Source: Candidatus Poribacteria bacterium (GTDB lineage Bacteria > Poribacteria > WGA-4E > WGA-3G). From it: a DNA stretch of 64,000 nucleotides. The DNA lies in NCBI GenBank assembly GCA_021295715.1, contig JAGWBV010000005.1:2534-66533 (forward strand), given 5' to 3'. The position numbers and the translations under genes were made by a program. Below, in pieces: positions 1 to 8,122 of the stretch; the first letter of the stretch is position 1; each line of letters starts with the position of its first letter. Below the pieces are notes generated by a model. It searched no databases. It had not been told where the DNA came from and saw only the letters and a program-made list of their open reading frames with translations.

Positions 1-509
1 TCAGAAACGGTCTCGCGCTTTCTGATGATGGTCAGTTCATCGCCGCAGCGGAAGGCACCTACCGAGATGGCGAAGGACATCGAACGGCTATTGAGATTTG
101 GAACACAACCGATGAACATCCGATGAGAATTTTCAACACAGGCGAGATTTTGGGGGTCTGGAACGTGCTGTTCTCACCGGATGCAACGATGTTAGCCGTT
201 GATACACAAAAGAACGCGCAATCCGGAATCCGTATCTGGGAAATTGCAACCGGCAGACAACTCCTCACAAAATCTGGGTTTGAAGCGTATTGGACCCGTG
301 CCCTTGTCTTCTCGCCGACTTCAAACTATCTCGTTTCAGGGGATGAAGCAGGCGATCTTCGGGTGTGGGACATTTCCGAAGGCAAATCGGTGATTTGGGA
401 AACCTATCCCACAGGTGTCCAATCGTTAGCCTTTTCACCCAATGGTGAGTATTTGGCAGTCGCCTTTTGGGATGCCACAATCCAGATTCTACACTGGAGG
501 GAAGAATAG
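1..509 (+). CDS. WD40-repeat protein, 5' end cut by the window edge
   Basis: Frame 3 is open from nt 3. Repeats end in W-D/W-E style dipeptides (IEIWNT, GIRIWEIATG, GDLRVWDISEG, IQILHW). Stop is TAG 507-509. Confidence 0.75.
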   Translation, partial: RNGLALSDDGQFIAAAEGTYRDGEGHRTAIEIWNTTDEHPMRIFNTGEILGVWNVLFSPDATMLAVDTQKNAQSGIRIWEIATGRQLLTKSGFEAYWTRALVFSPTSNYLVSGDEAGDLRVWDISEGKSVIWETYPTGVQSLAFSPNGEYLAVAFWDATIQILHWREE

Positions 510-1063
510 TGAAGGATGAGAAAAATTTAGAAGAGGGATCTTACATTGACGCAAAAGGGCGCACACGCTGGCATCAAAACGATGAAATTGCGCTCAAATT
601 CTTGGAACTTCATACCTTTCTGATTATTGCCGACTATCCAGAAAGCCACGCCTCACGATACCCATGGTTGGCGAATTACATCTCTCGGTTTCCGGAACCG
701 ATGTCGGACCTCATCGCACAGGGACGGTTAATAGAGGAAATTCCAGCGGCTGGCGAAGTGGTAGCAAAAATGGTTGAGGAATTTCTGGACACGGGGACAA
801 GTGCCAAGTTGGAGGAGTTCGCCGGTGATACACCACGAACGGTTGTGGAGCTTGTGCCTGTTCCTGGACTCGGTGCCAAAACAATTAAGCGACTCTACGA
901 GGAAGTCGGTGTGGATAGCCTTGTCTCGCTCCGAACAGCGATCAATGAAGGGAAACTCAAGGGTTTTAAAGGCATCGGTAAGAAGACGTTGGAAAAGATT
1001 GAGGCATATCTTGATACAGCATTATCCTCACCAGCGATGTCTAACATGAAAAAAAAGCAATAG
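509..1063 (+). CDS. Helix-hairpin-helix protein resembling the N-terminal 8-kDa/HhH part of family X DNA polymerases, with no catalytic or PHP domain
   Basis: GTG 509 overlaps the WD40 stop by 1 nt and lies 7 nt after GGAGG. HhH motifs are PGLGAKTIKRLY and GFKGIGKKTLEKI. The ORF track start at 467 is probably too early. Confidence 0.5.
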   Translation: MKDEKNLEEGSYIDAKGRTRWHQNDEIALKFLELHTFLIIADYPESHASRYPWLANYISRFPEPMSDLIAQGRLIEEIPAAGEVVAKMVEEFLDTGTSAKLEEFAGDTPRTVVELVPVPGLGAKTIKRLYEEVGVDSLVSLRTAINEGKLKGFKGIGKKTLEKIEAYLDTALSSPAMSNMKKKQ

Positions 1064-1065
1064 GA

Positions 1066-1206
1066 GGAAGTTGGGACGAAACATCAGGGGTTTGGTGGAA
1101 AAAAGTAAACCCAAGTGCGTAGCTCGTAATGAAACGGAGAGCGGGCTTCAGAACGGAACATCAAAGTTCAAATCGATGTTGTTTAACCGCAAGGAAAATT
1201 AGAAAA
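1066..1206 (+). repeat. Leader repeat copy 1 (long form), ending 5 nt before ATG 1207
   Basis: Near-identical to 2664-2841. The core TAGCTCGTAATGAAAyGGAGAGCGG ... CCGCAAGGAAAAtTAgAAAA is shared with 9003-9128, 10962-11061 and 59430-59555. Confidence 0.8.
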
Positions 1207-1683
1207 ATGGCAAATTCATTGACAACGGGTGAAATGGTTGATGGTAAGAAGCATGGGTATTGGGTTACCTATTACGCGAATGGATTTAAGCGGAGCGAAG
1301 GTCGGTACATCGCTGGCAAGAAAGAAGGACCCTGGATCAATTATCACAAAAATGGGAACAAGGCGGGTGAATCCTTTTTCCGCGATGGAAAATACGAGGG
1401 GCCTTGTTTCACCTATTATGAAAATGGAAACCTGAGATCCAGTGGGGTCTTTCCGAAACATGTCGGCAAATCCTATGATGGCAAAAAGGAGGGTCCGTTT
1501 TACAATTATGAAGCCGATGGCGAGACGGTGTGGCTAATTATAACTTACAAAAAAGGCGGTAGCCGTGCGAAACCGGATGAATATCCACTCGGTGTCTGCG
1601 ACGTTTGCGGCGAGGTGAGACGCTTGGCATGGAAGGATGAATGTCCGAAATGCGGTGCTGAACTCGATAATATTGCTTTGTAG
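1207..1683 (+). CDS. MORN-variant repeat protein (YwqK-like) with C-terminal CxxC...CxxC zinc ribbon
   Basis: Repeated GKKHGYW / GKKEGPW / GKYEG / GKKEGPF units. C-terminus is CDVCGE...CPKCG. ATG 1207 follows AAGGA in the leader repeat. Paralog of 2842-3309. Confidence 0.7.
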   Translation: MANSLTTGEMVDGKKHGYWVTYYANGFKRSEGRYIAGKKEGPWINYHKNGNKAGESFFRDGKYEGPCFTYYENGNLRSSGVFPKHVGKSYDGKKEGPFYNYEADGETVWLIITYKKGGSRAKPDEYPLGVCDVCGEVRRLAWKDECPKCGAELDNIAL

Positions 1684-1847
1684 GTAGGTTTAGAGTATAA
1701 TCTTAACAACGGAAAGGTAGCAAGCCTGATCCAAGTGTAATATGGGTAACAACCTCCAGAAATGTTTCCACACGATACAGAGTGCTTTGTCTATCACGTG
1801 AATATTTTACCAACTATAGGCTATAGGATAAAAAAGGGGTAAAAAGG

Positions 1848-2621
1848 ATGAGAGTTATAGGTGCTTTTATCACTATGACGGTTCTCTTTACTGCAGGGAT
1901 ATGGGTTCAGGAAAGCAGGTCGAAAATTGACCCAGAGACCCTTATGGGAATGTGGCTTTTTGATCACGGAAAGGGGAATGTGGTTAAGGATTCCTCAGCG
2001 AATGGGAATGATGGGGAGATTGTTGATGCAAAACGGGTCGACGGGAAGGAAGGCATGGGCATCGAATTTGACGGAGCCAGTCATGTGGTTATCCCAGCGA
2101 GTAAGACCACCGATGACTTCCTCGACGGATTTACGTATCTACTCTGGGCGAAACCGCTTCGGAATCCTTCCGGTCCGCACGTGCGACTCATAGAAAGGGA
2201 TTGGCACAATCCAAACATTCTTATCGGTCCAACCGACTTTTATGGCAGTTTCCTCAAAGGTGGCGGAATAGATAATAGTCAAATCCGGGGTGGCACTTGG
2301 GAGATGGACGAGTGGAGTTTTGTCGCCTTAACACACGACGGTAAGACGCTTATCCTCTATGTTGATGGCGAAGCCGTTGCGGATTTAGGTGTCGGAAACC
2401 CGGATTTCAGTCAGCAGCACGATAGTGGCTCAATCTGGTTAACCCGCTGGAAAGGTGGAGCGGGGTGGGACTTCGCTGGGGTCCTTGACGAGGTCGCTAT
2501 TTTCAATACTGCCCTCGGTGAAGATGATCTCAATGCCATTATGGAAAAAGGACTTGAGAAGGCACTGTCCGTTTCCCCAATTGATAGATTGACAACAACT
2601 TGGGGAAATATAAAAAGGTAG
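1848..2621 (+). CDS. Secreted LamG / concanavalin-A-like lectin domain protein
   Basis: Signal peptide present. Typical LamG-jellyroll strings: DSSANGNDGEI, FDGASHVVIP, LTHDGKTLILYVDGE, GVLDEVAIFNTAL. Confidence 0.75.
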   Translation: MRVIGAFITMTVLFTAGIWVQESRSKIDPETLMGMWLFDHGKGNVVKDSSANGNDGEIVDAKRVDGKEGMGIEFDGASHVVIPASKTTDDFLDGFTYLLWAKPLRNPSGPHVRLIERDWHNPNILIGPTDFYGSFLKGGGIDNSQIRGGTWEMDEWSFVALTHDGKTLILYVDGEAVADLGVGNPDFSQQHDSGSIWLTRWKGGAGWDFAGVLDEVAIFNTALGEDDLNAIMEKGLEKALSVSPIDRLTTTWGNIKR

Positions 2622-2663
2622 GAGCGATCTCCGAATCGCGACTTAATCTTAAAGCCAACAGAA

Positions 2664-2841
2664 GGAACTTGGGACGAGACCTCAGGGGTTTGGTGGAAAA
2701 AGTAAACCCAAGTGCGTAGCTCATAATGAAATTATGCCTTGAATGGCATAATTTGTCTTTGCTTTACATTTGGAGAGCGGATTTGAGAATGGAACGTCAA
2801 AGTTCAATCCCATTTTGTTTACCCGCAAGGAAAAGTTAAAA
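2664..2841 (+). repeat. Leader repeat copy 2 (long form), with a 39-nt insertion carrying a TTATGCC/GGCATAA hairpin
   Basis: Aligns with 1066-1206 on both sides of an insertion at about 2732-2770. Ends at ATG 2842. Confidence 0.8.
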
Positions 2842-3309
2842 ATGGCAAAATCACTTACAGATGGTGAAATGCTCAATGGCAAGAAGCACGGCTATTGGAC
2901 CACCTATTACGCCAATGGATTTAAGCGCAGCGAAGGTCGCTACATTGAAGGGAGAAAAGAAGGGCTTTGGATCCAGTACCACAAAAACGGGAACAAGGCA
3001 AGCGAAGCCTCCTTTCGCGATGGCAAGAACGAAGGCGACTATGTGTGCTATTACGAGAACGGGAACCGAAAATGGGGCGGTCCGTATCGAGAACACGATG
3101 GCAGCTCCGCCGATGGCAGAAAAGAAGGGGTCTGGCTCTGTTACGAGGAGGATGGCGAGACAGTGTGGCGCATCATCACCTATAAGAAAGGTGGGAGTCG
3201 TGCGAAACCGGATGAATATCCGCTCGGTGTCTGTGATGTGTGTGGCGAAGGTAAACGCTCAACGTGGAAGGATACCTGTCCACAATGCGGAACGGGGATT
3301 GCTGAATAA
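2842..3309 (+). CDS. MORN-variant repeat protein with C-terminal zinc ribbon (paralog of 1207-1683)
   Basis: MAKSLTDGEMLNGKKHGYW aligns with MANSLTTGEMVDGKKHGYW. Same CDVCGE...CPQCG end. The TTG 2770 start in the ORF track reads through the leader repeat. Confidence 0.7.
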   Translation: MAKSLTDGEMLNGKKHGYWTTYYANGFKRSEGRYIEGRKEGLWIQYHKNGNKASEASFRDGKNEGDYVCYYENGNRKWGGPYREHDGSSADGRKEGVWLCYEEDGETVWRIITYKKGGSRAKPDEYPLGVCDVCGEGKRSTWKDTCPQCGTGIAE

Positions 3310-3392
3310 GTTACCAGAAATTCTGAAGTTTTTTATTTGAATCAGGTTTCAATGGGTGCATAAAGAGACCTATGGAAACCGAGGAAAAGTAA

Positions 3393-5846
3393 TTGGAAAC
3401 AGAATCAGTATTTTGGCGCGCTTTGGTGTTATTGGTGGCATTTTTTGCTTTACAATTTCCAAGGGCAGTCGTAGCTGAAGCGGAAGAATCCGATCACAGA
3501 GTTGCGACGGCTGCCCGCATTAAAGGCGCGCCCCCCCAATTAGACGGTGTTTTAGATGACGACATCTGGAAGACCGCGCCCCTCCACGAAGGCTTCCGTC
3601 AGCGCGATCCCGATGAAGGGAAACCCGCTACCCAACGCACGACTTTCCAAGTTGTATATGACAATGAGGCGGTCTATTTTGCTGTCATGTGTTATGACGA
3701 AGAACCCGAAAAAATTGTTTCCCGCCTCGTCAGACGAGATGATTTCGTTGAATCCGATAAAGTCCAGATTCTCCTTGATCCCCACTACAATCGACAGCGA
3801 GCCTTCTCATTTACTATCTATCCATCTGGCTCTGTCATAGATGGCATTACTGGAGGTAACGGATGGAATGGCTGGAACAACGCTTGGGACGGTGTGTGGG
3901 ACGCAAAAACTCAAATTCACAAAAATGGGTGGGCAGTGGAATGTAAGATCCCGTTTTACATGTTTCGCTTTTCTCCAAAAGATAAATACACGTGGGGGCT
4001 ACAAGTAGAGCGCGAGATTAGCCGCAGAAAAGAGCGTGCTCACTGGCGTTTAATTAAAAAGGGGGATCCGGGGTGGCTATCGCATTTTGGGGACCTGATA
4101 GGGATTGAGGATATCAAACCTTCTCGTCATTTGGAATTGATACCCTATACAATGGGCAGGACAACGCTGAACAGTAAAGCGGATTTGTGGGGCAATGTTG
4201 GTGGCGATGTCCAATATGGCATCACTTCTGGCATTACGCTCAATGCCACGGTGAATCCTGACTTTGGACAGGTAGAGGCCGACCCTGCGACTTTAAATCT
4301 TTCTGCTTATGAGGAGTTTTTCGAGGAACGGAGACCCTTTTTTGTCAAAGGCTCATCCATTTTTAACTTCGGAGAGGGAGAAAATCAATTCTTTTACTCG
4401 CGGCGAATCGGACGACAGCCCGGGCATTTTGGGATTCCAGACGGGACGACTGAACTGAGTCGTCCGGAAGCAACAACGATTCTGGGTGCCGCCAAAATCG
4501 TCGGGAGAACCAACAGCAAGACTTCTTTCGGTATCATGGAGGCTGTTACCGCCCCAGGGTATGCACAGATTCAGGAAAAAGGCAAGACGCGCGATTACCT
4601 CATTGAGCCGCTGACAAATTACTTTGTGGGTCGAGTGACACAAGACATCCTTGAAGGGAATTCTCGCGTCGGACTGATAACAACATCGGTGAATCGACGT
4701 GCCTCCAACGCGGCGTATGTCGGTGGACTGGACTGGGACTTGAGGTTTGCGAAGGAGCGGTACAAGATAAGTGGGATGGTGGCAGCGAGCCAAGCGGGAA
4801 AAGTTGAGGCACGCAAGTCGGGTTACCTTGCCCATCTTCAATTTGATAAACAGGGTGGATGGTGGCGACTTCATACCGAGTTTAATGTTCGCTCCCCAGA
4901 CGTAGATATAAATGACATAGGGTATACGCAGCGCGGCGATATGATGCGGTGGTTCTATGACTTCATCGTTAAAAAAGAGCAACCCTTTAGCATTTTCCGA
5001 GAAGTCACTTTCGGGCTCTACGGTTGGCGGGAATGGAACTACGATGGCGTTAGCATCGATCGCTATTCCGAGATATGGACAGATGGTAAACTGAAGAACT
5101 ATTGGGAGTATGACCTGTGGGTTGGACGGAATTTGGAATCGTTTAGGGACGAGGATGTCCGGCGCGGTGGGACGTTGATTAAGAATCCTGCGGGTTGGTG
5201 GATTTTTAGCCGACTTTCTACCGACAGTCGTAAAATGGTTCAACTTGAACTGAATCCGATCTTCGCATGGGATGACGATACCAAGAGTTCTGAAAAGGAA
5301 GTCAGTCTTCGTCTGAACATTCGTCCTGCGTCGAACATTGAACTGAGCATCGGACCGATGTATCGTTATCGAATTTACGATGCCCAGTGGGTCGGATTAG
5401 TTGAGGAAAACGTCAATGGACAAATCGAAAAACACTACGTCTATGGAGAATTAACGAGTCAAACACTTGACTTTACGACGCGCGCGAATATCAGTTTTAC
5501 CCCGACGTTGAGTCTTCAATTCTATGTTCAGCCGTTCATTACTGTCGGAGACTATGGTAACTTCAAAGAGTTAGTCGAGCCGCGGTCTTATCAGTTCAAA
5601 CCGTATCCGCTGAAACGCAACCCTGATTTCCACATGCGTTCGTTGCGAGGCAACACCGTGCTTCGTTGGGAGTTTCGTCCGGGAAGTACGCTGTTCTTGG
5701 TTTGGTCTCAGTCGCGTGCAGTCGAGTTAGAGGATGTGGGCGCAGCCGACCTTGAGTTTCGACCTGTGCATCGTTTGAGAGACAGTTTCACGGATCCTGG
5801 GAAGAACATCTTCCTGATTAAGTGTCGGTATTGGTTTGGAATTTAA
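3393..5846 (+). CDS. Large secreted or outer-membrane protein, CBM9-like N-terminal domain plus DUF5916-like body
   Basis: Signal peptide present. The string PPQLDGVLDDDIWKTAPLHEGFRQRDPDEG...VVYDNEAVYFAV is typical of this family. Long beta-rich body ends in aromatic-rich WFGI. TTG start. Confidence 0.55.
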   Translation: METESVFWRALVLLVAFFALQFPRAVVAEAEESDHRVATAARIKGAPPQLDGVLDDDIWKTAPLHEGFRQRDPDEGKPATQRTTFQVVYDNEAVYFAVMCYDEEPEKIVSRLVRRDDFVESDKVQILLDPHYNRQRAFSFTIYPSGSVIDGITGGNGWNGWNNAWDGVWDAKTQIHKNGWAVECKIPFYMFRFSPKDKYTWGLQVEREISRRKERAHWRLIKKGDPGWLSHFGDLIGIEDIKPSRHLELIPYTMGRTTLNSKADLWGNVGGDVQYGITSGITLNATVNPDFGQVEADPATLNLSAYEEFFEERRPFFVKGSSIFNFGEGENQFFYSRRIGRQPGHFGIPDGTTELSRPEATTILGAAKIVGRTNSKTSFGIMEAVTAPGYAQIQEKGKTRDYLIEPLTNYFVGRVTQDILEGNSRVGLITTSVNRRASNAAYVGGLDWDLRFAKERYKISGMVAASQAGKVEARKSGYLAHLQFDKQGGWWRLHTEFNVRSPDVDINDIGYTQRGDMMRWFYDFIVKKEQPFSIFREVTFGLYGWREWNYDGVSIDRYSEIWTDGKLKNYWEYDLWVGRNLESFRDEDVRRGGTLIKNPAGWWIFSRLSTDSRKMVQLELNPIFAWDDDTKSSEKEVSLRLNIRPASNIELSIGPMYRYRIYDAQWVGLVEENVNGQIEKHYVYGELTSQTLDFTTRANISFTPTLSLQFYVQPFITVGDYGNFKELVEPRSYQFKPYPLKRNPDFHMRSLRGNTVLRWEFRPGSTLFLVWSQSRAVELEDVGAADLEFRPVHRLRDSFTDPGKNIFLIKCRYWFGI

Positions 5847-5873
5847 TCCTTTTCATGCCTGAAAAAATAAACC

Positions 5874-5902
5874 TTGACAGGTAATGTGGAAATTGGTAAT
5901 AT
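5874..5902 (+). promoter_or_regulatory. Sigma-70-like promoter, TTGACA-17-TAATAT
   Basis: TTGACA at 5874-5879 and TAATAT at 5897-5902. Lies about 240 nt upstream of ATG 6144. Confidence 0.4.
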
Positions 5903-6143
5903 AATGTGAGTTTGACATAAACATTTGGAAAATTATCTCTGGGAAATCGTTAGTTTTATCAAATTCGTTTCACCTTTGTGAGATTATGCACCCTTTCCAC
6001 CCTAAAATTGTGTCTTTAATAATCAGAGGGTTCTTTTTTAACTTCTCTTACGTCGAATTCACGTTGATAATATAAATGAGAGAAAAATCGGATGTAACAA
6101 CACCTTAAAGCGCGAATGCTTAACTACATAGGAGGAGCGTAAC

Positions 6144-6926
6144 ATGAAATCGCGCCGAATACCTTTCGTATGGATGGTATCGCTTGTCATACACGTCTGT
6201 CTCGCAGTCGTTGTAGGGTATGTCGCCATCTCATCTCAACCACAGAAAGCACAAGATACTATTGATCTGAGTTTCTTTATCCTTACACCACCCCAAGCAG
6301 CAAAAAGGGATGTTATTGAGAAACCAGCCGTCGTAACAACCCCTGTTCCAGATTTGAGAGTCGTTCCGCAAACTGAGGCGACGCAGCGTCGGACGACAGT
6401 CGCACGCGCGGCGAGATCGTCCTCGACTGCAGCACCTGTGGTGTCACTCACGGCGAGCGCGCCCGCTGCGCCAAGAGGACAGCAAATCAAAGTTGCGAGT
6501 GCGTCCCCTGTGATCCAGCATACTGCGCACCCGCTGTCAACAGACGCAAAACTCCCAACAACATCAGATGGATTACCCACCGCAGGCTTGCCCAGTGGCG
6601 GGGCAATTACGGATGGTATAGGCACAGGTATTGGTGACGGTTTAGGTAGCGGTACCGGACGTGGAACTTTTGGTTCAGGATCCGATCTTGGACAAGGACG
6701 GACGCAAAGCCGTGGCAGTCTGAACTCACTCGTAGCGGGGGCTGGTGCTGCAAATATCAACGCATCCCTGTCGAATGTCGAAAAGAATATGGTTCTCGGT
6801 AATGGTGTCCCACAACTTCCGAAGGGGAGTCCAGGTGCCATCATTCAAGGTCGCGGAACAGAGATTATTGGAAGACTCAATCTCGTTCGTCTCGATGATC
6901 CATTGCATCCGAACCTCGATATATGA
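6144..6926 (+). CDS. Membrane-anchored protein with a long Pro/Thr/Ala/Gly-rich linker; ends at a TGA that is in frame with the next ORF
   Basis: GGAGG lies before ATG 6144. One N-terminal TM helix, then low-complexity sequence. Stop TGA 6924-6926 is in the same frame as 7014-7721 with no intervening stop. Confidence 0.55.
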   Translation: MKSRRIPFVWMVSLVIHVCLAVVVGYVAISSQPQKAQDTIDLSFFILTPPQAAKRDVIEKPAVVTTPVPDLRVVPQTEATQRRTTVARAARSSSTAAPVVSLTASAPAAPRGQQIKVASASPVIQHTAHPLSTDAKLPTTSDGLPTAGLPSGGAITDGIGTGIGDGLGSGTGRGTFGSGSDLGQGRTQSRGSLNSLVAGAGAANINASLSNVEKNMVLGNGVPQLPKGSPGAIIQGRGTEIIGRLNLVRLDDPLHPNLDI

Positions 6927-7013
6927 GGCAGCGGCATCGGACATCTCCGATTCGGGGCAGGTCTGCCCTATTTAGTCAAGTCGCTGAATGCAGAAACAGG
7001 TATCGTAACCCAA

Positions 7014-7721
7014 ATGGTTGACGCCGTCCAAATTACGGATGCAGCGTTTCTTGAGTCACCGGTTATCTTTATGGAGCCGGTTCCCAAATCCTCAGTGCAA
7101 CTCCAGAACGGGTTGCTGGGTGGTGGCAATATATGGAATGTCAGTGGGGATCGCCCTTCTTTCGGTTATACCGATCGGGAGGCACAGCGAATTCGCGAAT
7201 ATGTCATCAATCGCGGTGGGTTTATCTATATGCCGACACACGGAAACACGGAATTGGCAATGCAACCTGCTCTGCGGATCTTGCGCCAAATTCTTCCTGA
7301 ATACCACCTCACGACGATTCCTCACGACCACGAGATTTACAACAGTTTCTATGAGTTGAGCGGGCCGCTCCGATTTCCTGTTCGGAAAATTGGGTCTACC
7401 GTTCTCCATCACGGTCCCTACCGTCAGTTACAAGGTGTCTTCATTGATGATCGGTTAGCTGTTCTTGTTGATACGGAAGCGATGATACATGTGATGGATG
7501 GTGCTGTTCAGAAGCCTTTCTTCGGTCACTATCAAGACCGGAATAGAATCTTAGATGAGTTCGCACCAGCTGCTGCACGACAACTCGTTAATATCGTCGT
7601 TTACGCGGTGACACACGGAAACATCTCGGATTACAGTAACTACATTCCGGCAAATGCTCTCGCCGATGGAGAGGGAGATGTTGCCCCGAAAAAGGCACCG
7701 AGTGCCGCCAGTCGACTGTAA
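7014..7721 (+). CDS. DUF4159-like domain protein, possibly the C-terminal part of a single 6144-7721 product
   Basis: REAQRIREYVINRGGFIYM and LPEYHLTTIPHDHEIY resemble the DUF4159 core (family recalled from memory). No obvious SD precedes ATG 7014. The frame is open back to 6927. Confidence 0.45.
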   Translation: MVDAVQITDAAFLESPVIFMEPVPKSSVQLQNGLLGGGNIWNVSGDRPSFGYTDREAQRIREYVINRGGFIYMPTHGNTELAMQPALRILRQILPEYHLTTIPHDHEIYNSFYELSGPLRFPVRKIGSTVLHHGPYRQLQGVFIDDRLAVLVDTEAMIHVMDGAVQKPFFGHYQDRNRILDEFAPAAARQLVNIVVYAVTHGNISDYSNYIPANALADGEGDVAPKKAPSAASRL

Positions 7722-8005
7722 GAATTCTCGTGCGAAGCCGCGCATAACTATCCATGAAGAATAAGCTGCGTCAGTCCTTTGACGTGGCTTTTTTTTGCCT
7801 CTTTGCATCATCTCCACAGACGAAAATATTGATTTTCGAGTTCTACCAGCGCGCTCGTTTGTCCTCTAATCCCGATTACATCAATATAGTGTTTTCCAAA
7901 GATTCCTATCGAGGAACCCACTCATCTTAACTTGAACCAATTTCGCTGGGAAACTTGGCAAATCCCACGAAAATAGGCGAGATGATGGCAAAATCGCGTT
8001 TCTAT

Positions 8006-8034
8006 TTGACAAATCGAGGGTAGATATGTATAAT
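8006..8034 (+). promoter_or_regulatory. Perfect-consensus sigma-70 promoter, TTGACA-17-TATAAT
   Basis: TTGACA at 8006-8011 and TATAAT at 8029-8034, upstream of the rhodanese gene. Confidence 0.55.
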
Positions 8035-8122
8035 ATAAACAAGAATCGTCCTTTTAAGGCACAGTTATATGCCCATAGGAATAGGCCTTAACAAGAATAC
8101 ACGAAGGAGACTTTATACAAAA

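Noticed and set aside
1064-2841. Leader repeats interpreted as integron attC sites separating gene cassettes.
   Set aside because: There are no RYYYAAC/GTTRRRY core sites, no imperfect long palindrome spanning the element and no intI. The spacer between MORN-1 and LamG lacks the repeat.
4353-5243. 296-aa minus-strand ORF inside the DUF5916-like gene. Similar antisense ORFs occur at 6236-6844, 29520-29978, 30774-31265, 44790-45404, 46787-47338 and 54400-55104.
   Set aside because: All lie fully inside stronger ORFs on the opposite strand that have recognisable motifs. Their translations are low-complexity or have no motifs. They are typical shadow ORFs in biased or repeat-rich coding DNA.
6924-6926. 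TGA reassigned to Trp or Gly (genetic code 4 or 25) as the explanation for the in-frame stop.
   Set aside because: Several well-supported genes in the window terminate at TGA at the expected protein end, for example the STAS gene at 24153, the HK at 26602 and the REC at 27127. Global reassignment is therefore unlikely.
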